Shown in pieces: positions 35,388-48,469 of a stretch of DNA of 64,000 nucleotides; within the stretch, counting starts at the first letter, position 1; each line of letters starts with the position of its first letter. The stretch is from Macrostomum lignano. Lineage: Eukaryota. Position numbers and translations under genes: made by a program. The notes under the pieces were generated by a model that saw only the letters and a program-made list of their open reading frames with translations, was not told the DNA's origin and made no database searches. The stretch spans positions 62,001 to 126,000 of the forward strand of contig NIVC01001177.1 of NCBI GenBank assembly GCA_002269645.1, read 5' to 3'.

Positions 35388-35795
35388 GTGGATGCTTGCT
35401 ATTTAAGGATGTATACTTGCCATCAGGGGGATGCTTGCTATTGGAAGGATGCTTGCTACTGGGGTAACTTGCTATTGGGAGATGCTCGCTCTTGAGGGGT
35501 GGAGGGTACTTGCTATCTGAGAGGGGGTTGCTAGATATCTATAAGGTCTCTTTGTATCCAGGTTATGCTTGCTATCAGGGATTGCTTGCGGTCTGGGGGA
35601 TGCTTGCGATCTGGGGATGCTTGCTATCTGGGGGATGCTTGCTATCTGGGGGACGCTTGCTATCTTGGGGATGCTTGCTATCTGGGGTTTCTTGCTATCG
35701 GGGGGATGCTTGCTATCTGGGGGATGCTTGCAGTCTGGGGGATGCTTGCTATTTGGGGATCGATGCTTGAATGCTGTCTGAGGATGCTTGCTATC
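35388..35795. repeat. 18-19-bp minisatellite (GGGGATGCTTGCTATCTG)
   Basis: Direct reading. Confidence 0.95.
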
Positions 35796-37539
35796 TACAA
35801 GCAAGCAAGATTTTCATTTTTAGTATATGGATGTCTGTTGTTTTATGAAGGCTTTATTTCGCTGTCTATTTGTTATTTGTAAAGAACAAGGATTCTATCC
35901 AGATGTCCCCCATCGGGGGGCGAAGATTGCTAGTAATAATACTAATAGGCATAGAACTGGAAGAATTTGCAAGTAAAATATCCAACAAGTTAAAAATGAA
36001 TTAAATGGTACAACTTTAAATATATATATATTGGGGTTCAGTATATGGAAATATATAGAGTAACATGCTTTAAGTGCTAAATTAAATAGATAGTAGGCCT
36101 AATCTTTATTGCACTAGATCCAAATGCAATAATTGATTTTGGTATGAAAAAGGGCCTCGGCCTAAACTTTTGCCTATCTCCACAGTGCATTTTTCAGGAA
36201 ATTGGCCTCTAAAGTTTTATAAACTTTCTATAGCTTGAATAAAACACCCGTCCGTAACTCCGCATATAGACACAAACCTAAACACAACTCACAAGTCGGT
36301 CGTATGGATATTATTCATTAGGCTTGAGGGCGCTAAGTAAATAGTGCCCGGAAAATAGCGTACTCTATCTCATATAGAGCATGTATATATGTCCTATAGA
36401 CAAATGTTTGAAAAAAACCCCGCAACTTGACTAACTGCTTGGAAAAGCGGGCAATTTAAGGCTGACACCCCACCATGCTCTATTCAAAAATAATCTGTTG
36501 TTGAATTTAAAAATATGCAGTATAAACAGTTGTAGGTTAAAACAAAATGAACAATATATGTAAGCAATTTAAGTTTCTAACTCAATCGTGTTTCTTTTTT
36601 AGAAAGCATTGTAAAATGTTAAAGCTTAATTTGGGATAAATTAAGGAATAAGTAGATGCAATAATATGTCATTGGTTATTTTAAAAACTAGGAAATTACA
36701 CCCTTCCAGGAAGCCGAGGACTGGGCTCCAGGCTACTTTCAAAATAGTGTTGAAGCTGAAGCCTTATGTTGCGTCTATTTCCACTGAATTCCATTTGACA
36801 ACTAGGCCTAAACTGTTACAATTAATTGTGATCTACTATGCTTTTGTCATAATATTTAATTTTAAAATAGAAATAGAATTCTGACATCTATTTTTGTCAT
36901 TTTCGACACAGGCTTGTCTCTAATTTTAGTATTTAGAACTTTGTTAGAACTTTATTAGAACTTAATTTGTTATGTACTTACAATTTTTTGGGCTATATTG
37001 TTAGATATTAGTCTTAGCGCTATATTTTTATAACTTAATGATAATAACTAATAGTTTTTATTCAACAAAATGAATAAGTTATTTAATCGTATTGGATAAA
37101 ACAGTAAATTCTTGCAGTTTGTGAAGATAAGACTATAGAATTTCTGGAAGTCATGTGTGCAGAGGTATAAAAAGACCATTCACTCACGTAGAGCAAACTG
37201 AATTCAAGTTTCTGTTACAGGGCTATAATACTATTATATATACTTTTCAAGTAAGAAGTAATTTATTTCATAAAGGTCTTCAAAAACTGCTTGCAAAAAC
37301 TTTCTATTTTACCTATATTTAGGCCTATATACAATACGAGGCCAACTCCTCCATTGGCGGAGTAAGGGGAAGAACTCCCATCGCCAGAATTTCATTTTCT
37401 GAAATCCATCAGCTGAATCCAATGACACGAATCCCATCGTCCAAATCCTCTCCAAATCCTCTATTAACCCCCCAAAAATCATGTTGTTTTACCTGTTTGC
37501 AAAAATTGACTGCCTGCCATTGTCCAGATTGAGACTCTC

Positions 37540-39130
37540 GTCTGTCCCTCTCTCCTCTTTGCTCTCTCATCTCTAATCTCTCCCATCTCCTCTCTGCTCT
37601 CATCTGCTCGTTTATCAATCATTTCTCATCTCATCTCTTATCTCTCATCTCTACTCTCTTATCTCTCCTTTCTGCACTCTCATATCTAGACTCTCTTCTT
37701 TCTCCTCACTACTTTCTCCTCTACTGTTTCCTCTCTTCTCTTTTATCTCTTCACTCTCCTTTCCTTTATCTCCTCTCTGCTCTCTCATCTTTCTACTTTC
37801 TCCCTCTCCTCTCTCCCTTATCCTCTCGCTTCTCTCTCCTCTCTCTCCCCTCATCTTTACTCATTTATCTCTTCTCTCTCGTCTTTTGGCTCTACTCCCT
37901 CCTGTCTCCTCTTTCTCCTCTCTTACCCCCTCTCCTCTCTCCTCTCAATTCCCCCATCTCTTCTCTTGCCTTTATTCTCTTTTTCTTTTCTCTAATCTGC
38001 CCTTTTGATTCTCTCTTTTCATGTTCTCTTTCCTCTAATATTTTATTCACTCTTTCCTTTCTCTTTTCTCTATTCCCTTTCATTTAGCCATTTCATCCTC
38101 TCTATGAAACAGATATCATCAAAATCATCTCCGTTAAATGCAATCCAGCGTGTATCATCTCCTTCAAGCTACAATCCATCATTTAAAAAAATATTATCTC
38201 TATCAAATTTCAGTCACTCAAGACTATGAAACTGAAGTCTATAAAATATGCTTTTTACTTGTCTGGATATACGTCAAAAAATTTAAAAAAATCCTCCATA
38301 AAACCTCTGAAATATCATAGCATGTTTTCCCTGTTTGCAAAAATTGACTGCCAGGTCCAGACTGAGACTCTCTCCTGTCTCCTCTCTCCTCTTTGCTCCT
38401 TTATCTAATCTCTTCTCTCTGCTCTCATCTCCTCTCTCCTCTCTACTCTTACTTTCTTATCAATCACCTCCCATCTCTCATCTCTCCTCTCTGCGCTCTT
38501 ATCTCTTTTTTCTTATCTCTATTCTCTCATCTTTTCCCTTTGCTCTCTCATTTCTTTTCTCATCTCTCTCCTGAGTCCTCTCTCTCTTCTCTTCTCGCTT
38601 CTCTCTCTCCCGTCTTCTCTCCTGTCTTCTCTCAATTCTCTCTTATCTCTCTTCTTCTCTCCCATCTCTCATCTCTACTCACTTATCTATCGCCTCTCCT
38701 CTACCCTGCCCTCTCTCTCTCTTCTCTTTTCTCTCTCGTCTCTTCTCTCTGCTCTCATTTCTCATACTCCTATTTTCTCTCTTACCCTCTCCTTTTTCAT
38801 CTCTCATCTTTCCCCTCTCCTCTCTACCGTCTCCTGTCTCATCTCTCTTCTCTCTTCTCTCTTCTCTCTCCTCTGTACTCTCTTATCCCTCTCTCCTCCC
38901 ATCTTTCCTCCCTCCTTTGCTCTCTCATTTTTCCTCTCTCCCCTCCTTTCTTCCCTCTACATTCTCTTCTCTTCGCTCTCCCTCTTCATCATTCCTGCCT
39001 CACTCCCCTCTTCTCTCCCCTCTGTCGTCGACTCGTCTTTAATCTCACAGCTCTCATATCTACTGTCTTTTCCATCATCTTTCTATCCTCTCTTCTCCTT
39101 GAAATCTCTTCTCTCTACTCTCTACAGTCT
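37540..39130. repeat. Degenerate CT-rich low-complexity tracts with a ~110-bp direct repeat (37476/38317)
   Basis: Both tracts are preceded by CCTGTTTGCAAAAATTGACTGCC..TCCAGA.TGAGACTCT. Confidence 0.85.
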
Positions 39131-39483
39131 TGAAAGACGCCGATAATAAAACCAATTGAATATCGACACAGTCCTTATCTATCTGTTTACACAGTACATT
39201 GCTATGTACACTCAGCCCAAACCAACCCCCCTATTCCGGGGGAATCATTAAATTTTACTTCACCCCAACACGCGGGGGTTTTATTAGCATTGAACCCAGA
39301 ACACGCGTCACCCACCCCTCCAATACACAGCGACCCGCGGGAGGAGGTTGGGGTGGTTGTTTTTACAATTATGCCACTACCCCTCCACTGGAGAGGCAAA
39401 GTGGCCAAAGAAGGTTAAGAAAACAGTTTTCTGCTTTTTTAACTGACTTAATTTTGGAAATTTCAACATTAAAATAGCCTATT

Positions 39484-39892
39484 TGTTGCGTAGGAAAATT
39501 CTGCATTGATATATGTAAGTCCCGCATTTGAGTTGCCAGCCGTCTAGGAGGAGATACGCGTTAAACCCGGCCGGTCGATCGATCCACTCAGCTTTAGATA
39601 TAAGACGGTCGATCGATCCACTCAGCTTTAGATATAAGATATAAGATGTTGCGTAGGAAAATTCTGCATTGATATATGTAAGTCCCGCATTTGAGTTGCC
39701 AGCCGTCTAGGAGGAGATACGCGTTAAACCCGGCCGGTCGATCGATCCACTCAGCTTTAGATATAAGACTAGGAGGAGATACGCGTTGAACCCGGCCGGT
39801 CGATCGATCCACTCAGCTTTAGATATAAGACTAGGAGGAGATACGCGTTGAACCCGGCCGGTCGATCGATCCACTCAGCTTTAGATATAAGA
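39484..39892 (-). repeat. Tandem array of Helitron-like 5' ends with a fixed terminus and variable lengths
   Basis: Six units of 122, 34, 7, 122, 62 and 62 bp all end (plus strand) at TATAAGA. On the minus strand each starts TCTTATA. Confidence 0.85.
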
Positions 39893-40546
39893 TGATATTT
39901 GCCACATGTCCACAGTTCAAACTATGTTATCTACAACAATACGCATATGCTAGGAATTTTTAGACCTTTGCAAAAATTTAGGTTTGACAATAGTAATTTA
40001 GTGTATAATTAGTATGATATCTCAGCTAGTGCAATGTCTAAAGTATAATGAAATAGGAAATTTAGGGGCAAATATTACATGTATTAATAGTTTTTGTCTC
40101 ATTAAGTTTAAGCTATAATTTTTATATAAAGTACTTTACTAAAACTTGATATGATATTATTTGCTTTTTAAATCATTGCCTAATTATATTCATATAAATA
40201 CAATGTATCTTTCTATGTGTATTTCTATTTTAGAAGTTCTTAGAATTAAAAACTAATATTGTAGTATAAAGTTGGAAGTTTGTTATGACTGTATGAATAA
40301 AGGCATTGTTCTTTGATTGTGCTATTTAAAAAAATAAGTTATACTAATCTATCTAGTTAAAGTTTTATTGTTTTTAAAGTTGCTTCTAAGTTATTTGGTT
40401 AATTGTAGTTTCTCCCTCAGATGCCAGTTTATTTGCATAAACTTTACACAAACCAATGGCTCATTCAATTCATGATTAACCCAACCCAAAGTCTAACAAC
40501 TAAAATTACCTTAGAGATTTAATACTCTAAAAGCAACAAACTTCAA

Positions 40547-41697
40547 ATGGCAAGCTCCATGGTTGAGCCAGAAATTGGTGCCCACTCAGATGAGGTCCGT
40601 CGCGCCAAGAAGAAGTCCTCTCGCAGGCATCATCGCGCCGACGAAGGCGAAGAGGAGGCCAGCGAGCGTCGTCGTTCCTCGTCTCGACGCAAGAAATCCG
40701 CAGATGGAGGAGTTGACTCGCCTTCAGTGGACGCATCCGAGAATGGCGAGAGAAAGAAGAAGTCCAAAAAATCGAAGCATCACACTAATAGAGAGGACGA
40801 AACGCCGGAGGAACGCGAGGAGCGTCGAAGACGTCGACGCGAGAAGAAGGCGGCCAAAGAGGCCGCAGCAGCAGCCGCAGCTGCAGCTGTTCCAGCTATC
40901 GACGATATTCCAGACGATCGACTGCCGCAGCGGGTGATCGAGAATCCGCCAGTTCCGCTGTCCGACTCCGAGCACGAGGACGTCGTTGAAATTGTTGAAC
41001 GTCACGTTGTCAGGCAGCCGCAGCCTCCGCCGCCGCCGCCGCCGAAGCCGGCGACTAAGCCGAAGCCACCGCCTCCCGCTGTGAAGCCGAAGCCGCCGAA
41101 GCCCGTCAGCCAGCCGCAGCAGCCGCAGCCGCCACCTCCGCCACAGAGGCCGCAGCCTCCAGTGCGTCACGATTTCTCCGACAACGAGGACGAGCAATCT
41201 TCTGGCGACGATTATCGCGGTAGACAGCAGCAGCAGCAGCAGCCGTTGAAACGCTGGGACGTAGCCGAGGACATGCGCCATCCAGCTGAGCAGCGTCCAG
41301 CTGAACCGGACAACTATGACGACGAAGATGATGAAGACGTACCAGACGAGGCTGTTCCGCAAAACCACAGTTTAAATCGTTGGAATCATCAGCCTCTTTA
41401 TCAGCAGCAGCAGCAACCGCGCGAGGAGCCGCAACAACAACCTTATGGTACGCATGCACATTCGTCACGAAATTATGTGTATTTTTTAGTTTAACAAAAG
41501 TTGCTTGGGTTGCAGAGCAACTCAGACGTCTGAGGGCTTGTGCAATTCGCGCCCATAAGAGCCAACCCACAAGGCACAGAGCTAGACGTTCTTGACCGTT
41601 CATTTCCACTCCCATTATTACTAAAAATCGTTTGTGTCTATCCCTTTATCCCTTTCTATATCCTATAGGTCGTAGAGGCGTGCCACCACCACAGCCG

Positions 41698-41732
<35 letters not shown>

Positions 41733-44700
41733 GCCAGTTCAACCAGATCCCGCCGATCCAATGTCTTTGCATCGTTATATCGCCGACACTCTGGAAGATA
41801 GCGAAGATGAAGATAGACAGCTTCAGAAGCAGCAGCAGCAGCAGCAGCATAATGCTGATGAGCCTGGAGTTGCTAATAACGACTATCCATACTACCAAGT
41901 AAGTTTAGCATCGGTTTTGCTGCTCCAGTGATCTACTGTAAGGTTTATGTCTACTGCAGTGGCACTGTGTGAGTCACTGAAGGTACTGGATATCAATGAT
42001 TTCATTCAATACCTTTCACAGGATCGTTACAACCAGCAGCAGCAACAGTATCCAGACGACCAGCAGCAGTACCCAGGAAATTATCAGCAGTACCCAGATG
42101 AGAATCAGCAGTACCCGGAGCATCAACAATACCCAGACGACCAGCAGCAATACCCAGCCGATCCGGAGCAGCGCTTCTCTGAATTAGTGGAAGCCGAAGC
42201 CGAACAGCCGCCAATTCCGGAGGGTCGCAAAGGCGGCGGCGGCCTACTTGGTCGCCTATTCTCGTCGTTTCGCAATTCAAAGCGTAAGACTTCGCAGAGG
42301 CAGCAACAGCGGCCGCAACAGCAACAGCCGCAGGGAGTTCCTAGCGACTCCGCTGAGCAACAGCCGGGCCTAGCTGAGCAGGGCAAGTGGCGCTCAAATC
42401 CGAGCATGTTCAATGCTAACGAGAATGCCACGCCTGGTAATACGCTGGATCCTAGATTGCCGCCAGGATCTATGCAACAGCAGCAGCAGCTTCAGCCGCC
42501 GCAACCGCAACAGCAGCGTCTGATGCAGGCTGGTGTTAGAACAGTGCCGGACACTGAGGTTCGCGTCATTCTACTGGATGGTGAAGAGATTGGCGTACCG
42601 CTGCCTAGAAAAGCCACGGGAGCGGAGCTAATGGCGCGAGTTTGCGAACACATCGACGTTCAAGAGACTGATTATTTTGGTTTGACTTATGTTGACGCCA
42701 AGGAACGCATGTGGTTTTGGTTGGATAACGAGAAGAAAGTTCTTAAACAGCTTAAACATTGCGATAACAGGCTGTTGAATTTCCAGGTTTGTGTTGAATT
42801 TCCTGCATGAAAAAAGTGAAAATATTCTTGACTGGCCTACTTATTGCAGTAGTCTAGTATGCGCGTATGCATCCATTTCTTCGAAACTCCAACTCCTCTT
42901 GAGGTTCTCTACGTTCGGCAAACGTTGTAAACAACGATTTAAAATCGTGCTTTTGTCGACTGTTGAGGCTCTCGAGGAGTTTTGTTCTTAGTTTCACACA
43001 TGATAAACCATGAATCGTCTTCTTTACGTATGACCCACTATTATAGAGTTTTATCTTTATAATTTAAGGCTTCAGATCGCAATTAAGTTTCTTCTAACGT
43101 TGAGACTATCCGCATTCGACCTCTAAATCACCGAGATGCACGATAAAAACACTCCTGGCAGGCGTAGATGGATTCTATTTGGGAGCAGAAATCTTGAAAA
43201 ATACATGCTGGTGTACATTTAAGGATTAGGGTATATTTTTGTTATTATTAGTGCTATTGGACTATGAAATTTATCATAATTTTTTCACCATTATTAGTAA
43301 TAAAATTACACTACTAATCACAGAGTTAAATATTTTACTGTATTATAATAGAATGTTAGTTGAGACATTTTCTTGCTGACTTGGACTTTGATTCAGGTCG
43401 AGAGCCCCAAAGGGGCTTGCTTATCCAGTTTGGATTTTTTGCTCTAAGCTGACGTATTCGCTTGCATTGTCCGACTGCTCCCTGGGCTGCCCTTCGCTTA
43501 CTAAACTTGTTTTCAAATATGGATTAATATGCTGATGTTTATCATAAATAATCAAAATCTATGTCAAAACAATTCATTCCTTTGACAGGTGAAGTTCTAT
43601 CCGCCTGAGCCGAACATGCTATTCGCTGATGTGACTCGCTACCAGCTGTGCCTGCAGGTTAGGCAGGACATTTACACCGGCAAGCTGCCTTGCACCTGGG
43701 TTACCCAAGCTCTGTTAGGCTCATTTCAAGTACAGTCTGAACTAGGCGACTACGATCTAGCTGAACACGGCGAACTTGACAATATCGATTATTTGCAAAA
43801 TTTCGAATTCGTGCACAATCAAACGCCCGAGTTGGTTCGCAAGATAGCGGAGCTGCACCGCGGTCACAAGGGCGTCACGCCTGAGGTTGCCGACCTGCGC
43901 TATTTGGAAACTGCTCGCCGATTAGAATTCTACGGCGTTGACTTGCATCCGGCTCGCGATCTGGATGACGTTGACATTACTATTGGCGTCTGCTTTGGCG
44001 GCGTCCTGGTGTACAAAGATCGCATGAGAATATCCCGATTCGCTTGGCCGAAAATATTGCGCATCTCCTATAGGAAGAATCTGTTCTATTTGAAGATTCG
44101 CTCCGATCTGTACGACAACGTTGAAGCTGTGGTCGGATTCAAGATGATGAATCACAAGTGAGACTGGTCAATAATTGTGTCATAAATTATTAGTTATAAG
44201 AATTCAGAATCCCAAGAGCTGTTTGGTATCCCAAGAACTGAGAATTCCTTTAGTTGACTCATTGTTGCTTCTAGTCTAGACCATGGCGTCCCGCAGAGCC
44301 TCTCTATCCGGCCCTCGGGTCTTTTGGAACTTCAAAATAGCAATCTGGCCCGCTCAATGTTTATATCTCTTCTCAGCCCTCTTCTCTCTAATCTCCTCTC
44401 TACTCTCTTCCTATCTCCTCTTCTCTCCTCTCCTCTCTTCCCTTCTTTCCTCTCTTCGCTTCTCTATCATCTCTCTCCTCTCTTCTCTTCTCTCTTCTCT
44501 TCTCTCTTATCTTCTCTCTTCTCTTCTCTCTTCTCTTCTCTCTTATCTTCTCTCTTCTCTTCTCTCTTCTCTTCTCTCTTCTCTTCTCTCCTCTCTTCTC
44601 TTCTCTCCTCTCTTCTCTCCTCTCTTCTCTCCTCTCTTCTCTTCTCTCCTCTCTTCTCTCCTCTCTTCTCTTCTCTCCTCTCTTCTCTCCTCTCTTCTCT

Positions 44701-44864
44701 TCTCTCCTCTCTTCTCTCCTCTCTTATCTTCTCTCTTCTCTTCTCTCTTCTCTTCTCTCTTCTCTTCTCTCCTCTCTTCTCTTCTCTCCTCTCTTCTCTC
44801 TCTCTTCTCTCTCTCTCTTCTCTTCTCTCTCTCTCTCTCTCCTCTCTCTCTCTTCTCTCCTCTC

Positions 44865-44916
<52 letters not shown>

Positions 44917-46071
44917 CCTCTCTCACTCTCCTCTTATCTCCTCTCTCTCTCTCTCTCTTCTCTCTTTATCTCTCTCTCTCTCTCTCTCTCCTTCTCTTCA
45001 TTCCTTCTCCTCTCTTCCCTCATACGGCCCGCAGTCATTCTCTACGTTCTCTATCCGTCCCTTGAGGTAAAAAAGTTTGCCGACTCCTGCTCTAGACACA
45101 ATATCGTGCGACAAACCTGTACATATCTAAGCTACTTTGGCTCTTAATCTGATGCGTTTGAAATATTAAGATATCCCCTCATTCAACAATTGATAATCCA
45201 AGGTGGGCCAAACGTTTGTGGAAGATCGCCATCGAGAATCACGCATTCTTCCGTCTGAAAGAGGCCCAACTAGAGAAATCGGGCAGTCGCAGTTCGCTAA
45301 ATTTCATTCGCGGCAATAGTAGCCACCGATTCTCTGGCCGTACGATGCATCAGTACCGAACTGAGGGCGGCACCCTGCGCCATTCTGGCACATTCGATCG
45401 TTCCTTGACTAAACGCATGTCGGCCAGCCTTCCAAGTCTGAAAGGCTCCCAGTACGGCTCGTTTCATAGTTTAAATCGGCTGCATCCGCGAGATATGCGA
45501 CCGCAGGCTAATAGTGGCCGGGGTCGCGGCGGAGTTATCGGCGGTAGTAGTCGGGCTCTCGCTTCAAGTGGCGGCGGCGGTGGCGGCAGCGGTGGCCAGC
45601 CAATGATGATGATGGCGCGCACTGGTAGCGTTAGTATTCTGCCTACTAGCGCGTTTAATAGGCCGTCGGTGAGTCTATATATTGATCTGTGAACTTCGAT
45701 GTTCTTAGGTTGTGCTACACAAGCCCTGTAGCAGTGATTTGGTGACAGGCACTGGTAGCGGACCTAGTGGAGTGACAGACGCTAGGAGCAGTCTTAGTGG
45801 AGTGACAGACGCTAGGAGCAGTCTTAGTGGAGTGACAGACGCTAGGAGCAGTCTTAGTGGAGTGACAGACGCTAGGAGCGGGAGTGACAGTCGCTAGGAC
45901 GGTCTTAGTGGAGTGACAGGCGCTAGGAGCGGGAGTGACAGTCGCTAGGAGCAGTCTTAGTGGAGCGACAGTGATGAATTAATAATTTATATCTATAATA
46001 GTTATCCTAAATCTAAAATCTCTTACTTGCAGAGCCGCGCAACGTCAAACGCAAGCGATGATCTGCTGTAG
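40547..46071 (+). CDS. EPB41: Band 4.1/coracle-like FERM + FERM-adjacent protein, ~990 aa
   Basis: Exons: 40547-41447, 41669-41898, 42022-42786, 43589-44157, 45203-45668, 46033-46071 (phases consistent; the last exon is less certain). Motifs VILLDG..DYFGL..FQVKFYPPEP..RYQLCLQVRQDIYTGKLPC..QSELGDYD..RLWKIAIENHAFFRL..FSGRT match the 4.1 family. Confidence 0.92.
44365..45020. repeat. (CTCTT)/(CT) tract in EPB41-like intron 4
   Basis: Direct reading. Confidence 0.97.
45745..45972. repeat. 30-bp minisatellite (GCTAGGAGCAGTCTTAGTGGAGTGACAGAC) in EPB41-like intron 5
   Basis: Direct reading. Confidence 0.95.
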
Positions 46072-46681
46072 ATTTTCAGGTCTGTTTTGGCGTATTTCAC
46101 ACTGCTTTGATGACATTCGGTAAAACAATTTAACTTAGTGTTCATACGAGCTAGCTCAACTTATGCCACATTTATATGCTGTTTCTAATGTTATCATTTA
46201 GCTCATAGTGAGAGCGTTTCTATATAGAATTCTTTTGTTGCAAATTTTCGCAATTTTTTCTAGCTTAAATTGACTTGATTATTTCGAATCACACGGGCTG
46301 TGCAACGCAACATCAATTGGCATTCCATTTTGACAAGTTTTTAATTTCGATGCAAAGATTTTCGAAGAATAAAGTGTAATTTTTCTATGGTGGTGTTGTT
46401 GCTTTTTGTCTTCTTCCTGGGGAAGACATTTCCTGAAAATTTGTAGTCCCTGCAACTTACATTCCATTTTGTGTCATATTTGCATTATTTTATTCATTTT
46501 TTCTGTGACTTTTTGGCAATAACATTGTTTATAAAAATTATTTACAGTAATTATAGTAGGATCATGTGATTTCACGCAATTACGATTAATTTTTTTTCAA
46601 TCCTTGTACAGTATTTTGACTTGTTGCAATATGTCCTATATAATTGCGGATCCAGTAGCCACCGTTCAGTGTTGTTGTTGT

Positions 46682-47619
46682 TGTTAAACGGGGGTGGGAA
46701 GCCGGGAGCTACCCGCGGATCAGCCCGAAAGGCGGCTCTGCCGCTGAGGGGCACTACCAGGGGCATATGGCCCGAGATACCCCGGGTTGGACCCTGACGT
46801 CTGGGCCAGGGGACCCAAGCCTATGGACTAAGACACCGCCAACCCAAGCCTATGGACTAAGACACCGCCAACCCAAGCCTATGGACTAAGACACCGCCAA
46901 CCCAAACCTATGGACTAAGACACCGCCAACCCAAGCCTATGGACTAAGACACCGCCAACCCAAACCTATGGACTAAGACACCGCCAACCCAAGCCTATGG
47001 ACTAAGACACCGCCAACCCAAACCTATGGACTAAGACACCGCCAACCCAAACCTATGGACTAAGACACCGGCAACCCAAACCTATGGACTAAGACACCGC
47101 CAACCCAAGCCTATGGACTAAGACACCGCCAACCCAAACCTATGGACTAAGACACCGCCAACCCAAACCTATGGACTAAGACACCGCCAACCCAAAAGTG
47201 GAATCAGGGACGGTGCTAAGACCGAGTCCACCCAGGCCACCACCCAGCGGACAAGTCCCGGGAGTGCGCGAAAAAAAGAATTGGAAAAATGTTTGGGATA
47301 CTACTGAAAAGCGGTCCGAGAGCGGGGAGACCCAGAAGTCTCGGAAATGGCTTAATTTTGGAGCGAGTCTGGAAGGCTTGTTTCCGAGGGCGAGACTCTT
47401 ATCAGGCCACCAGAAAACGTATAGGGCTGCAAGCCACGAGGGTGTCACCTATCCAGCTCTATATTGGAGGCCAGGCCAAGGGGTCGGGAAGGGGCACAAG
47501 GAGCAAGAGGACCCGGACTCAGCCGGTATCCCCGATTCGGGACGAACTCATTCCCCAGGACTCCAGTCCACTGTCAGGATGAGAGCCGAGACACAAGGGC
47601 AGGGAGAATGGGACCAACA
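46682..47619. mobile_element. Solo-LTR-like GC-rich element
   Basis: TGTT..AACA ends, GC-rich island in AT-rich DNA, internal 29-bp array, TATA-like sequence near 47460. No TSD found. Confidence 0.35.
46813..47196. repeat. 29-bp tandem repeat x13 (ACCCAA(G/A)CCTATGGACTAAGACACCGCCA)
   Basis: Near-identical units with no spacers. Confidence 0.98.
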
Positions 47620-48469
47620 AGAATTGTAGGACCAAGTACTCTGTTTCTTGGAAAGTTTTTTTTTAAAAAACACGTACTTTTGCTTTTTTGCAGTCAAATG
47701 TGTGCATATTCTGATCGTTAATTTGTTTTAAGTTGAGAAGTTAGAAATTTACCACCACCGAAAATTTAAATTCTGCTTTTGTTTTTCTATATATTGACAT
47801 TGTTTTGTTTAACTGCGTTATGCTTGTATTTAATAATTTCTATATTTATTTTCCCCATGTATAATTGCAAATTTAGTTGGTCAAAAGTTCAGTTTTTTTC
47901 TTGTTTTTAATCATAATAAAATTTTTTGTCAATTCGCAAATTGTATTTAGCCGAGTCTGTATTCCTATACTATCTAGCCGTTTATTGAGTCCGTTAATTA
48001 TATATTGCTTATTGCAAGTAGTAAGCATTCCATTAAAATACTATCTTGATTATTAATGTAACTTATGCACTGCAAAAGTCCAAAGTTTTGGCAGTTTTGC
48101 AATGCCCCTGTGAACACAATACTCGGCTGATAATTTTGTTTTGAAATTTCAAATTAATACATCAATCTATTATGAATCATCTATGCTTGTTGATCACCGA
48201 AAATTTTGAAGCGATTAAAAATATGCATGTGCGTATTTGAATTTTAGAAATTTGTATTGCTTATGCAACTTGTTAATGTTGTCAAATTTCAATATAAAAT
48301 ACTTACATTTGACCGCTTAATTTTTACCGTTCACGCTATTATTAAAATAAAAACGCACAAAATTCAGACCTCTTTGAAACTGGAATAAAAATATATAATC
48401 TGAAATAGAATATGTTTTGTACTGTCTTTTGTTTGTATCTTTGTTGATTTTACTCTTCGTAGTGATTTA

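Larger units (their letters stand above)
32778..35933 (+). mobile_element. Non-autonomous Helitron (3.16 kb)
   Basis: A|TC start (TCCTATATACTAAAAATGAGTTG..AAACGGCTCAACCGATTTT). 3' hairpin GTCCCCCATCGGGGGGC (35905-35921) 8 nt before CTAG|T. No Rep/helicase ORF. Pairing of these two ends is inferred. Confidence 0.6.

Noticed and set aside
46813-47196. CRISPR-like array (also 39484, 45745, 60000)
   Set aside because: Units are contiguous with no unique spacers, there are no cas genes, and the context is eukaryotic.
47375-47408. Hammerhead ribozyme on the minus strand (CUGAUAA..GAG/CUC..GAAAC)
   Set aside because: The conserved CUGANGA core has G>A, and stems I and III are not evident.
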